DNA from: Oikopleura dioica
Taxonomy: Eukaryota > Animalia > Chordata
Direction of reading: 5' to 3'
DNA length: 64,000 nucleotides
Assembly: GCA_907165135.1 (NCBI GenBank)
Contig: OU015566.1
Location: 4,960,001 to 5,024,000 of the forward strand
In this document: in pieces, positions 12,762-26,343 of the stretch
Numbering within the stretch: the stretch's first letter is position 1
How the letters are laid out: each line of letters starts with the position of its first letter
Notes under the pieces: generated by a model
Told to the model about the DNA's origin: nothing
The model's input: only the letters and a program-made list of their open reading frames with translations
Databases searched by the model: none
Program-made: the position numbers and the translations under genes

Positions 12762-15465
12762 ATTCGAAGGTTCAATGGAAGGAAGAAAAGAAGGAAACCG
12801 TCAAAGCCTTCAAATATTATGAAAGAGCTTTCATTGTAACCTCGAGTGGCGACCCGCCGCCGCTTTCACTTTGTTTTCGACGAAATTTGCTCAAACCGGA
12901 GCATACACTTAACCTAAGCTGTGTAGAAAGCATACAGTCGCGTCCTTGTTCCAAAGAAAAGATTTGATCAGAACAAGCAATTTTTGAAAAAATATTTATC
13001 GACTCGAAAAATTGTTCCCATGAGAAAACAAAAATTTAATGATCTTTTGCGTCAAAAACTTTTGATCGATAACCTCAAAAAATTGGTGGATTTTGATGGA
13101 TTGCTGCTTATATTTAAAAAAAATAGTCCTCTTTTTCGCTTCTTTTTTAATTCCTTATTTTGCGTTGAAACTTTCATAACCCCTTTCTTCATGAAAACAA
13201 AGTAAGCTCATGATTTTCCCAAATTGAAGCCTCAAATGAAGCGAAAACCCAAGTTTTTTCGTCTTGGCAGGGAGCATCGTCCCTAATGAAGCTGAAAATC
13301 CATCCCAGGAATCGATGGTCAGCGATCCTAATTTTTCCGGATTATGGTTTTCGCCCCTGGGATGGACAAACGTCTAGTTAACGGGCGGATTAAAGGGGTT
13401 AAACATGCGGCGAAGGAATATTCGTTTTGTCAGTTTTTTGACCGATATTTTCGAGAAGAAGGATGATATCGCGTTGAAAAAATAACATGTTTCGGAAAAA
13501 AATATAGAGCTCTTAAAGACGAAGACAAAGTGGCAATCAGCGGCCGTGTTCTCACGAAGTAACGCAAAAGTGCCCAAAACGCGAGCAAAGTGGAGCGCGA
13601 AAAATTTCATGGCGAGTTTATTTTCAGCATCATTTTCCCAAGAATTCAAAGCCAGCCTTCTTTTTCTTGGTCTTCTTTAGTGTTATGTTTAGGGCAGTTC
13701 GAAAACTACGGGTATCCGTTGCTTTTTCAAAATGTGTAACTGACTTTCACCTTATCAATCATCCCCTTTTTTATCAAAAGGCTCCTTGAACCCTTTCAAG
13801 CAATGCCGCGGGCCATAAATATCCCCAACAGAAAATCAGCAAAACGATATCACACTTGAAGAGTTGGCCCTATTGTCACGTGTGCCAGCCATAAACACGT
13901 GATCAGCTGATTGATGGAGGCGGATAAGGGTCTTTGTAGCGAGCTCAATCAAGGATTACAAATCTGCATGAATTTCGAGCTTCGAGCTTTTTTTCGGCGG
14001 GTAATTTGAATCCTCTGATTTTGCGCATTTTTGCGTGTAGTCGCATATAGGGTGTACCCAACCGAAACAAGGAAAATAATTGGATTGATGTACTGTTTCA
14101 TGTATGGATTTTATCAACACTTGAGAGAATAGAATAAGGGAGTAGACAGCACTAACCAAAAATTTCTCTGATTAAAATTAACTTTATAAGAGAGGGTATC
14201 CCCTTAAAGTCAATTCTTGTAAAAAAAAGAATAAGGGGATAGACAGCACTTACAAAAATATTTTCTGAGCCGACGAAATTAAATAAGAAGGGGTGTCCCC
14301 TTAAAATCATTTAAAAAACTTGGCATGGAACAAAATTTTAAGCAAAAATTTCAGTGTCAAGTTGGCAGATGGAGCAATATTTGAAAAATTCTTCGTATGC
14401 CAAAATTTCTCGCTCAAAATTTATTCAAAACGCAAACTGTCAATCATTCAACTCTCCTCGCCCATTACTGTAAGAACGTTTCAGCTGTGGATGAATTTAT
14501 AGAGCAATCCGCAGGCGGAAATGTCGCCGGAGAAAGGAACCAGCTGGAGGGCGAGCGGCGGCGAGATGAAAAGCATCGAGCGACAAAGTGGATTAAAATT
14601 GCACCAGAAATTGACAAGGCTGGATAAATATTGTCGCAAATGTACAACTCAAGTGTTCTTTTTTGATCGACGAAAAATATGGAAAAGGGGAGACTCTTTG
14701 TTTTTTTATTGAGAATAATTTGTTAGGGTTAGGCTTCCTGGGCAAAAATTATCAATTTTATTTTTGAATAAGAATTGATTCTGTCATTTACCTGTAGTTA
14801 ACTGTAGAATTGTCGGTAGAAAAATCTTCCAATAAAAAATCTTCATTTTCGGCTCTTTTTCTTTGTTCTCAATTCTTGACTCTTTGGATATAAAAAGTTT
14901 GTTGGGATTTTTGGGGTATATTTTGTACTTGTGTTCACTTAAAAATATATTTCTTCGTAAATGTGCTTCAGCTGTGGTCCAGCTCGCGCTCGTGCCCGGA
15001 CCCCTCCGAAGCGCCACCTAGCGTGAGACACGGCGGCGCCGTAAAAGAGAACGCAGAATTTTAAGCTTTTGCACCTGGTCGGTTTATTTTTATTCTGGAT
15101 TCAGAGGTCGAAATAATATCATTTAGAAAAAAATTTTCTAGATGTCAAATCTCCAAGACCATAAATCTGACGTGGAATCATGTGACTTATATTTTTTTTA
15201 GGTCATAAAATTGATCCCAAGAGTCAACCATAATTTGCATATGTTTGAATAAGCACTTCATAAATTATGAATCATAATGATTAAAAAACCTTCTTTTGAG
15301 CATTTTTCTATCACCAAGGACCTTGCTAAATCGTAACGCTACTTGACCCGAAAAACACGGGGCAGAAAAAATAATACGATTTGTTTACCAAACTGCCTAA
15401 AGCTCCTTATCAGCGACCCGCTTACTTGCCGATCAAGAATCTTCAAATCTTCATCTTGTCGTAAT

Positions 15466-16156
15466 CAGGGTTCGAAATCGCCTAGGCGAATTCGCCTAGA
15501 AGGCTAGGCTAGGCGAGGTTAGGCGAATTCGCCTAGACAACCTAGCCTTGGCATGAAAATTTCCAAGGCGAAAAATTTCGCCTAGCCTAGCCTCAAGGCG
15601 AAAAATATTGGCGACTTAGGCGAATTAAGGCGAAAAGGCGAAAACCTTAATTCGCCTTGAATTTAGGTGAATCAAGGCGAATCTAGGCGAGATTAGGCGA
15701 ATCTAGGCGAAATTAGGCGAATCTAGGCGAAATTAGGCGAATCTAGGCGAATTTAGGTGGAAAGGCTTGATCGTTTTTCGCCTAGGCTAGCCTTGAAGGC
15801 GAAAATAAGGCGAATTTAGGCGAAATCAAGGCGAAAATATTACATATTTCTCTGCCCTGCCCAAAGCCTGTGAAAGAAATCCGAAGATCTCGGACCAAAC
15901 GGTGACCGTCTCTACGCCTTTTTTTGACTTGTTCCCTCTTTTCGACTTTTCGCCTTATTTTCGCCTAAAAATATAGAATTTTCCGATTTTTTCGACTTTT
16001 CGCCTAAATTCGCCTAAGGCGAGTTCGCCTAGCCTAGCCTAGCCTTGAAGGTTGAGCTAGAGCCTTCGCCTAGCCTTTTTTCGCCTAGAAGGCGAAAATT
16101 TCAGAAAACCTAGCCTAGCCTAGCCTTTTGATTTTTCGCTCCGATTTCGAACCCTG
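15466..16156. mobile_element. hAT-like MITE with (TAGGCGAA)n subrepeats
   Basis: TIR CAGGGTTCGAAATCG; 8-bp TSD GTCGTAAT at 15458-15465 and 16157-16164. Confidence 0.9.
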
Positions 16157-18483
16157 GTCGTAATATAAACAAATCGTCTTCTAAATTTCTGAGTCAGCAA
16201 TGGAAATTTGTGAAGAACATAAAAAGGCGAAAAAACGAAGATATGTGTAATCCTCTGAGAGCTTATTTTCTCGCAAAGGAGATAATCCATTTCTCGGAGA
16301 AATATTTTTGCGATTTATCGCTCCACCAGCGCGGCACAGGTGCGCTAGAAACTGACATAAATAATTGTTGCAATTTGAGCGACAATTGAGTGATTGAGGC
16401 CTCATTCTTATCCTCAGTCTTTCTAGAGCTACAATCTAAAAAGCATAAGCAAATAAAAAACAAGAATCAAATTTTTTTCATAAATAATTTTTTTTTTCTT
16501 TATTAACTGCCTCTTCATCATTGATGAATCATCAACAAAAAAAATAATACTTTGCCAACCTTACGTTCAAATTTGAGATCAATAAAATTTTTTCATTCGT
16601 TTAGTAGAACCTAAAGAAATTCTTACGTTTACCCTGTAAAAAATTTTTCTGTTGAAAAAATTTACCGGCGAAGACTAGAAAAAATTCTGGCCAGAAAAGA
16701 TCGGTCAAAAATCCCGTCAAAAAAGGCCCATTTTCCCGAAAATGCACGAAAAATGGTCAATTTTTTTACAATTTTGTTAATTTCATCCTATAAATATTAT
16801 TTTTATCAATTTATTTTAGGCTCAACAGATTTGGTAGAATATGAAGATCCCAAAAATTCAAGATTCATATCCAGACTATGTGTATAAGCAAAGTTACAAT
16901 CACCCAGGAAAAAATTCTTGTTGACCCCCCTCCCCTTAATTCTGAATAAAAATAGACATAGTGTCTTACTTCCGAAAATGTCAGAAAATCGCTGCACCTG
17001 AAAACAAAATTACTTCCACCTGGCAACCTCTTTTTGGCCCCCGCTCCGTGAGAGAGGCCCAAATATTTCCGAAAATATGAAAAATCAAAATAGCGAAATT
17101 GGAAATTCCAACTTGTTGATAAAATAGAAAAAGGTTATTTTGATTACAGAATGGAATTTATAATTTTGCAAGAAAAAAAATGCACAGGAATTTTTTCGTT
17201 CTATGATTTCGTTTTCCATTTTTTCATTTTTAATTTAATTTTATTTTTTCTTAATTATTCTTAAAAAATAAAATAGCTAAGACGGGCTTTTTACTAACTT
17301 TGCGCTTTTCCTCCTGCAAAAAATAAGCCAAAAAATAGCAGTACAAAGTTTTTCCACTCAATTAGTTTTATTGGGGCGCTCGGAAAATCGCTAGATCAGC
17401 ATAAATCTGTCTGGTCAAAGGGAGCATCCGCCCGAGCGCCAGCTTTCCAAACTCTGCGGCTTCGACCCAGAAAGCGTGCCTTTCATCTCCCTGACACCTG
17501 ACAGCACTGTATGTTCCGCCTGTCAAGGAAGTTTTATTTAGGAGAATGATAGAGGACAATCTTTTAAAAATTCATACATCGAATCTGGTGAATTTGAGTT
17601 TGATAGGGTAATAGTTAATAGTTATGAATCGTCGGAAATAATTTTGAGTAAACCGGGAAGTGAAAAATCAAGACATCATTATGGTTCTTTTCGCCTTAAT
17701 TTGTTAAATTTTGCTTTACTATGAACAACTGCTTTTCGTGGTGTTTTTCGACAAATTACAGAAAATCGAATTTCAATCATCCCTTTCTTTTACATTCTCA
17801 TCCCTTTTAACATCTTTTATCCTCCGAAGAATTTATTTTATGGCAAAAAAATCTTCGCAGTTTTTTTTTCAAAGCCGACTTTTCAATAAAAATTTTTTCA
17901 GACCCTGACTCAGATTTATACACAGGTTTTCGAGCCCAGCCCTTACTTTCAGACAATAATACTAACGATTTTTGCCAATCATAATTGTCAAATTCTCACT
18001 TGCAAATTTGCCCTGTCGCCCGATTCATCACCATTCTCCTGTTTATCATCCCACACTCGTGCTTTATTTGCTCCAACAATTTGAAAATTGAACATCAGCG
18101 CCCATCGAACCCGATTTTGGCCAATTTGTGATCGGAAGTGCGCTTCACCTCGCCTCATAAAAACGCCAGGATGAGGACTCCTCACTCCCCGCTGAGCTTT
18201 TAAAATAGAAAATGCGAAGTGCGACCTAATTATTTCGATTCTGGGAAAAGAAGAGAGCTCGTCTCCTAGGGTTTTACAGATAAGCTCCTGCTGGGCAAGC
18301 GCCGATTGGAAAATTTTATAGAAACGTTGAACGAAAAAGTTGAAGTTTGTTCGTTTTCAGTTCATTTCGGGGTCAAATAAAGCCGGAGTAGTATTTGTCG
18401 ATCATGAAAATTTAAAATGATGAAATTTGAACAGCAAAAGATGAACAGAAATTTTTCGAAAAAGAAAGTTTTTTTAGCAAAAA

Positions 18484-21048
18484 ATGAAAAAAATCCTGAA
18501 AATTCTCTTCTTTTTACTTGGGATTTTTGCCGACCCGAAAAACTGCCCGTACGTTTTGTGATTGATTTTAAGTTTTATTGAGAGAAAATTCTAGTGATCA
18601 AGATTTGGGAGATTTGTGCAATAATCACTGCCAGGGAGAGCTTGATATTTGCAGGGAAGACTGTGGAGATGCCAGTTGCGAGACTACTTGCAATCGGGAA
18701 TTTTTGCTTTGCATTGATGATTGGTGAGAAATAGGGTCGAACAAAGTTGCCAAATAATTCTAGCCCCTGTGGAGAAAATTGCGAAAACGGCTGCGAAAAC
18801 TGCCCAAGCTCCTTTTGCGCTTCCACCTGCGACGATCCTGAAAACAACGAGGACTACTTAGTCTGCAAAGACAAAGTAAAGGGAAATCTAAGCGGATGCT
18901 TTGACTTCTGCGACAATTCGATCGACTGTCATCTCAACTGCTCGGAAGAGTACACGAAGGATATTTACAGTTGTCCCTGCATGGAAGGATGTCTAGGCTT
19001 ACCGGACTAAATTTTGACCCTTCTTTCTAGCTTAGTTGGGTGGTCATATGACACAGTTTTAGAAAGCCTAGCTTCTGGGCTTTCATTTGGGCACAAATTC
19101 AAGGGGTCTGGGTCATGCCGTAAAACTCGGTTTTGAGTTCTAAACTCTACAATTATATGTATAAAACATATATAAACAAAAATTAACGCATTAAAAAGTT
19201 GAACCGAGGTCAAACCGGGTGGTCAACCGGGTGGTTCATCGTGGGCCATATTTCCATATATTTGAAGGTTTCTAGAGTTGAAACACCCGGTTCGACCGCG
19301 GTTCAACTTTTAATGCGTTAATTATTGTTTATATATGTTTTATACATATAATTGTAGAGTTTAGAACTCAAAACCGAGTTTCACGGCATTTCCGGATTTT
19401 CACCGCCAACTTCTAGCGCCTCCAGGTGGCCACAAACGGCTTGGCGCTAAGATTTCTTGAGCTCTACTGAAAGCTCAGAGCCTGAGCTTTCTAAATATAT
19501 GACTCTTGACTACTCTCGAGCCCGGACGGGCATCGAAAAATAGTTTGAAGGATTCTAGTACCTATTTTGGGACTTCAGGTCCCATGAATTGCCTTGCGGG
19601 CATGACCCAGACCCCTTGAATTTGTGCCCAAATGAAAGCTCAGAAGCTAGGCTTTCTAAAACTGTGTCATATGACCACCCAACTAAGCTAGAAATAAGGG
19701 TCGAAATTTAGTCCGGTAAGCCTAAGGATGTCCCACCGGCTGCCCAGGATGTGGCGATTACAATTGCGAGTCCAACGAATTCATCGTTTTTCACCCGGAA
19801 GAATCGTATCTCCAAAACACCATTGGTCGAAAAACGCCAGTTCAGTACTCTTTCCCTGACTCTGATAGTGGATATATCAAGTACGCCGCTGGTGTCTATT
19901 TTCAAGGCCGATTTCATGTCTTCGGAGGATATAAAGACTCGAAGGCGATTTTGATTCTGAACGGCTGTGATTTTGAAAAGCAATCTCTTTCGCTTGTCTA
20001 CAGTCATCGATATACCCAGACTGCGATTGCTCTTCAAGACGATTCTAGAGGTACAGTTCTGAAGAGCCCTTTATCAAAATATAGATTTTAAATATGATTC
20101 CCTTAGAAGAGATTTCTTCATTTAGTAATAAATTCTTCCATCAGGTGGAATCCTCCGGGGTCCTCAGAAGATCCACGTGATAAATTTTCTCGATTTTTAT
20201 TTGCTAATGCGCCGAAAAATCAGGAAATCGCAATAATTCCCCGGAAGAGTCTCTTCTTCTTTTGCTTAAATTCTTCCAGTACGGGGGTCCTCCACGCATA
20301 AATAAAATACAATCTACTCGTTTGGTGTCGCTTATTTCGTTTTCGGGGCAATCATCAAAAATCATCGGTAATTTGTAGTCCTCCTATGCTTCTGGTTCGA
20401 CAGCAACTACAAGCACAAGCGATGCCAGTACTACGATGGCCGAACAGTCGGGCTCGATCTTTACTCGACTCAAGCTGATCATCAAAAAGGTTGCGTTGGC
20501 TTCTTTGGGGACGACATCATTACTCTTGGTTCTGAAGATTATGGAAAACAAAACTACGTCGAGATCAGAAATAGCGAAAGTTCTGAGTGGAGTCGAACAA
20601 CTGATTTTCCCGGCGAAGGGTAGAAAATTGACTCTTCACGATTTCGCTTTTCTTTAATCGTTACTTCTAGTGATACTGAGGGAAGATTCTGCCTTGGCGT
20701 CTCTGATGGCTTGATCACTATTGGCGGATATGAAGTCTTCCTCGGCGGACGAGTCAATGTTCATCTTTTCAAGAATCAAGTTTGGACAAAAATCGGCGAA
20801 CTTTTTATGTGAGATATTTTCTATCAAAAAGTGAGGAAAAATTTGCTTTTAGAAGCATTATTTCCCCACCGCGATTTCTTTCGAAAACTACATTTTCACC
20901 GTCGGAGAAGAGTCCAATGAGCGGTTTTTTCTACGATGAAGAAGTCGAAGTTGAGAAAATCGACATCGACCCAGAAGTTCTCAGTCGCCCGGTTGGAGAT
21001 CGAAGATACTCCCTTATTCTCGATGGAAAATACAACACTTGTTTTTAA
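18484..21048 (+). CDS. Secreted Cys-rich repeat + Kelch-like beta-propeller protein
   Basis: Signal peptide MKKILKILFFLLGIFA; CPCGENCENGCENCP repeats; Kelch-like HVFGG and LITIGG; multiple short introns. Confidence 0.8.
18994..19724. mobile_element. hAT-like MITE inserted in coding sequence, with an additional internal hairpin
   Basis: ~120-bp TIR starting TAGGCTTACCGGACTAAATTT; 8-bp TSD AGGATGTC at 18986-18993 and 19725-19732; second inverted repeat at ~19115-19230 / ~19285-19389. Confidence 0.92.
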
Positions 21049-21307
21049 AATATATCAGAGTGATATTTCACGCTGGATTTTCCTAAATTAAAAAATTTAT
21101 CTCTGTAGCAATTTAATTTTATATAAGAATTGCTGTTGCTCATCTCTAATAAACTAGAAAAAAATGATTAAAAGCCTAAATCAATGGATTTAAAGGGCTT
21201 TGGTCACTTTTATTGGTTTTTGAATTTTTTATTTGTGTTATTCGTGCATAAAAATATCAAATTAGTCAGAGAATCAAGATTTCGCTTAGAGTTACTTCTT
21301 GTGTACT

Positions 21308-21545
21308 TCACGGCCAGTCCCATCCACCTCTACCGTTGCGAGTTGGACAAGGGGGATTAATGCAAAGCTCTTTGATAGAGTTTTCTTCTCTTTGAAAATT
21401 GTGAATAATTGAGAATATGAAATACTAATGTACAAATAAAATTCAAAAAACAAGCTCTTTAATACAGAAGAAAACCCATCCCTGGTACACCAGAGAAGCA
21501 GGCGGTAACACTGGAGACGACAGCGAAGAGATTAACAAGTTTCAT
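21308..21545 (-). CDS. Small secreted peptide (2 exons; exon-2 acceptor ambiguous)
   Basis: MKLVNLFAVVSSVTACFSGVPGM then ELCINPPCPTRNGRGGWDWP* with the proximal acceptor; TATA element ~45 bp upstream. Confidence 0.55.
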
Positions 21546-23152
21546 GATGTTTTGAAAACTGTGACTTTTTTAATTTTGGGACTGCATATATAAGCTGCAT
21601 TTGCGTCAATATCGTCCTCGACCTTCAAACTCATCGGATGTTCTTAGTCTATTTTTGCAAATGAAAAAAAACAACATGCGCAATAATCATGGAATACAAA
21701 CACTACAAGGAAAAATTCCTTCTGAGCCTCGAAGGATAAAATCGACGAAATGCCGCATATTTTAGCAAAGTAAGAATAGGAACCCCCCCTCCAGTTTACA
21801 ATTTTCGAAATATCAAAAATCGGGTTTTCATTTTTATGACCCCAGAAATGAAATCTACAGGTCCAAAAACGATTTCAGGGCTTCATAAGTCTTGTCTCTC
21901 TCTCGACTTCTTCACTCTCAAAATCGCTTTTGTAAATTTGACTTTTTGATAAAAATGACGAAAAACTCCAAATTTCAAATAAAATTTTAGATTTTTATAA
22001 GTCAATAATTGCTCTGGACAAGTTTTCATGATGAACTTTACTTCAAGGCACACTAAGAAGCCGAAATATGGCTGTTTTGAAATTTTCGATTTTTTGAGGG
22101 AAAGTGTTGATTTTTTAAGGCAACGGTTATCGATCAGGCTACGTTTGAGGCTGTATTCCTGAAAACCTATTGATGGTTGAAGATTTCTTATCATTTTTAT
22201 ATGAAGATTTATCGTAGATCTTAATTTTGTCAGAAGGAAATTTTCTTCCTCTTAAGAAACAAAGACAACCGTGATGTTTCTTATGCTTTGAGCTTTATAG
22301 CAGCTTACATAAAAACAAAAATGCTCAGAATTTTGCGCAGAATTTAATAGAAGACAAAATAAATGTCTTAAATGCATTATAAATCCCTTTAGAAATCGAA
22401 ACCCGTACCCCTAAAGAGTTAGATATCAAAAATCACAGTTTTCAAGCAGATTTGAAAAAAAGCGAATTCTGACATTCTAAAGGAGGTTCTAAAAGGGTAT
22501 TTTAAGAATAAAATTTACTGTATTGAAGTCCGCGTTTTATTTTGGATTCCCAGAGATTCACCTTTCGCCAAAAGAAAATCGAATATTTTAGAACCATCCA
22601 ACTCAGTCCAAGAATCAACCAATTAAAGGCTATGAACTAAAGCCTATGGTGGTCGATTAAGCTTCAAGCAGAGATTTAAATCTCTGGACTCTTAAATGCC
22701 AGAGTATCTCATACTAGCTTAAAATGAACATCTATTCAAGATATTTGACTAACAGAAGCTTTTTCCGTCATTCAAAGAAAAAAGCCCCTTTTTTTATTTT
22801 CTATTATTTAAAAAAGAAGTCTTCAGGAGGGGTTTCACTGTATTTAAAAGCATTCGGGTCCTATCTGGACTTTTTACCCTCAAAATCCTATTTGAAAATA
22901 AGACTTTGGACAGAAAATGCGCGGTACGTTATTTTGCTGTTTACTGTCTGAATTTTTACTCAAGAACATACTTTGTAATTTGACTAACGTGAATTGACGT
23001 AGGAAATCTCCATCATTTGGGTCAAACTCCGATGCTCTTAGTCGGCATCAAGGACATCTCTCACGCAACAATGCAAACTCGACACTATAAATACGATAGT
23101 TTTTCTTCAACATTCGTGAGAAATATTACAAAAATATTTCGGAGCTCAAAAA

Positions 23153-23382
23153 ATGAAGTTTTTGACTCTTTTTGCGGCTGTATCTTACGGAAGTGCCTGT
23201 TCATTTAAGGGTTTCGAATTTTTTGCCTTTTTAATGTTTTATAAAAATTCAAACCCTTATCAGTTGGCTCGCATGATGGCACTCATGGCGCTTTTTATGA
23301 AAACGACGGCATGTATGCAGGCGGCGGCGTGTCTGACAGCGGAAACCCAAAGATCTCCATTGGATGGAAATTTAAAAAATAG
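23153..23382 (+). CDS. Small secreted Gly-rich peptide (2 exons, intron 23211-23263)
   Basis: MKFLTLFAAVSYGSACSFKVGSHDGTHGAFYENDGMYAGGGVSDSGNPKISIGWKFKK*; TATAAATA at ~23086. Confidence 0.7.
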
Positions 23383-23672
23383 ACATCTTTGATCAATGAT
23401 ATTTCGGATAGTTCCTGAAATTCATACTTTCTGATTTCTTTTTATTCTTTTAGATTTTTATTTCTGCGATTGAAATATATTAAAAATGAGTTTTATGGTT
23501 TATTTTTTAGCCTCTTTGCAATCTGAAAACATAACAAAATAAAGTGGAAATGAACTGCGAATTCAACAGTTCCTGTCCAGCGTCATTTATTATATTGCGT
23601 GGCTTTGCAGCTCAGGTTCTTCCTTTCTGAAAGTTGCAAGTTTTAACTCTTCTGAAATCAACAAAAAACCCC

Positions 23673-24329
23673 ATGTTCGAAAAGCTCAGGAAAATATTCA
23701 AAAACGGCAAAGACAGAGAAATTGACAATGATTCCGGCAAGTCCAGCAAAGGAAATTCCGGCAAGAGGCGGCAAAGTTTGATCGAAAGGGTCAGAAAGTC
23801 GATTATTCCCGATGATATGGACTTGACTTTTTCGAGGTAAGATCGCAAGAAATCATAAAATAAATGTCATTTTTGAAATTTCGATTTTTTGTCTTCAGAA
23901 AACTTTGACTTCCTGAACAAAAACTTAATAATTTGGATAAGACCATCGAGATTTTCTGCCTTCTACTAAATAATGACATCAAAACTAAGTCTGAAACGAG
24001 CAAGCCAGCTGGACACGAAACGCCGCTCAACTAGAAAAACTCAAGAAACGAAGCACGTGACCCTTTCAAAGCAGAAAGTCGACCAAATTCTCGACAAGGA
24101 ACCGCGCGTTTCTCAGTATTTAAAAGTCGAACCATGCAATCGAAGAAAAGGAAGCAACTCGAGAATTTGGGCAGTTTCGGAACAAAAGGTAAACAGAATT
24201 CTAGAGCCCCTTTTTCTTGAAAATCGTCCTTTTGAAGATCAAGAAAAACGATCAAGAGTAAAATTTATACTGTCAGATGTGTACTCCCGCCTGTCAATTG
24301 GCACTGTAAATCATTTCTTCACCTGTTGA
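23673..24329 (+). CDS. Uncharacterised basic protein, multi-exon; 3' end unresolved
   Basis: MFEKLRKIFKNGKD exon with GTAAG donor at 23836, followed by a long open exon. Confidence 0.4.
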
Positions 24330-24760
24330 CAGGGAAGAGTTAAAAAAAGATTAACCAGTCTGATTTCTTGAGTCAGCGTTTGTGACCCCCGGTGGAAGCA
24401 TTTAAAAGATTTTAGGGCATATTTCTCCTTCTCAGTTATTTGTTCTAGGACCACGATGCGAAAGTAAGAAGGCAATTTAAGCACGTCCCGATTGAAGAAA
24501 ATATTCAAGGTAAAATTTCTCCGCAAACACTTTTTCCCCCTTTCTAGAGTCGAGCCAAAGTGATTCGCTGCGAAAAATCTCCACCTCCCCAGCTTTGATC
24601 CGTGCTCAAGAATCTCGTTCCTCGACCAGAAGTCTCCAAAACCGAATCGCCGAAAAAGTGCTCCGACAAATAGAACTCGTTATTAATAAACTTTGCTTTA
24701 TTCGATATTTTTTTGGCAAAATATGAGTTTTCTTCTGCAGGATTGATTTCTTCCTTGATT

Positions 24761-26343
24761 TCATTTTTGCTTGCTTCGTCCAACGAACTAAAAAAATCAT
24801 GAAAATGATTTCAGTCGAGTTTTTTTTTACATCATTCATTGCATCAAGAACTCCTCCCCAGGACAAGAATGTCAAACCAGCGTTTCTCGGAAGCATCTCT
24901 TGAAGAACCTGAATTTTTCATTAATTACCTTAATTCTTTGCTCATCAACCTGTGCCGAAAATATAAGTCAGAGTCTGAAAGGTTCCTAAATAAAAGCCGC
25001 GCGGCGGTTTTTTTAAAATCGAAGCCGCAAAGCGGCTTCGCGAAACATCTTCTCTTGTAAAAGTTAGAATTTTCGCGAAGCTGCTGTGCGGCTTCGTTTT
25101 TAAAAAAAGCCGCTGCGCGGCTTTTCATTTGATGTCTTTCAGACCCTTTCTCAGGCTTTCTACACAGGTTTTCGAACTAAGCCGGTATCAATTAAAAAAG
25201 AAATTTACCGCTAGAATATCAAGAATCTTTGGCAAGAAAATTCTGTCCGCATTCGTCTGAATTCCGTGAATAACACTGTCGACGACTGATTCCGGCGTAA
25301 GAATATCCACCAACCACGGTCGCTTGGCAAAGAAGCCTTCAAACATTCCCGTCGAAATCGCGTAGGGGCAGACCCAGGAGACCTTGACCGCGCTATTTGC
25401 CTTGTACAGCTCCATCGACAGCGACTAAAATTGTTGAAGGGAAATGGTTCATGATTATTTTACGTCGGCAAAGTGGGCGGCGGCGGCTTTACTTGCGCAA
25501 TAATCAGCGAGCTTTGGAACGGCGAAGTAACCAGCAGAGGAGGCGATCGAAACTAGAATAAATAGAATTGAAATTTCGCAAATATTGATGAAGAAAAAAC
25601 GAGCTTTTTGATCTTCAAGGGCATCTTTCATCGCATTTTTTGCGAAAATTTTCGCATTTTTTTCGCAATATTTCGCAATTATTACTGTTTTTTTCGCAAT
25701 TTTCCGCATTTTCTCGCGAAAATTTTCGTATTTTTTCGCAATAAATTTCTATTTTTTCTCAATTATTCGCATTTTTTTCGCATTTTTCGCGAACAACTTA
25801 CTGACATGTCCATGATTATTTTCCACCATTTTTGGCAAAAACGCCTTCGTCGTCCAAAAGTGCGAAATCGCGTTGACTTCAAAAGTCTTCTGAATCACCG
25901 CGTCATCCGACTCCATGAACGTTTTTCCACCAACGATGCCAGCGTTGTTGATCAACATCGTAATATCGCCGGCGAGTTTCGCAGATTTCTTGGCGACTTC
26001 GTAGACTTCAGCGCGGTTGGTCACGTCGCATTTGAAACCATACGCTTCGCCGCCATTTTTTCTAGAAATTTTAAACAAAAACGACGCTGAAAGGGGCTAT
26101 TTACCTGATTTCTTCGACAGTAGCTTCGTTTCCCTTCACATTGACATCCCAAGCGACGATGACACATCCCATGTCGGCGAGTTTCTTGGCCATGAGAGCT
26201 CCGATTCCGCTCCCAGCGCCGGTGATGCAAACGATTTCTCCATTCAGATCTTTCTTCGACTTCGGAAAGGGCCATAAAATGATCGCTTGTAAAATTTGAA
26301 AAAGCGAAACAAAAACTGGCAGAAAATCCTCCGTGAATCCCAT
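24761..26343 (-). CDS. Short-chain dehydrogenase/reductase, SDR16C family (RDH10/SDR16C5/HSD17B11-like)
   Basis: TGAGSGIG, LINNAG, YCASK, CPYAISTGMF motifs; N-terminal hydrophobic anchor. Confidence 0.92.
24947..25170. mobile_element. AAAACCTGAGTCAGGG/AAGCCGC-family MITE in an SDR intron
   Basis: Degenerate TIRs with internal AAGCCGC...GCGGCTT palindromes. Confidence 0.7.
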
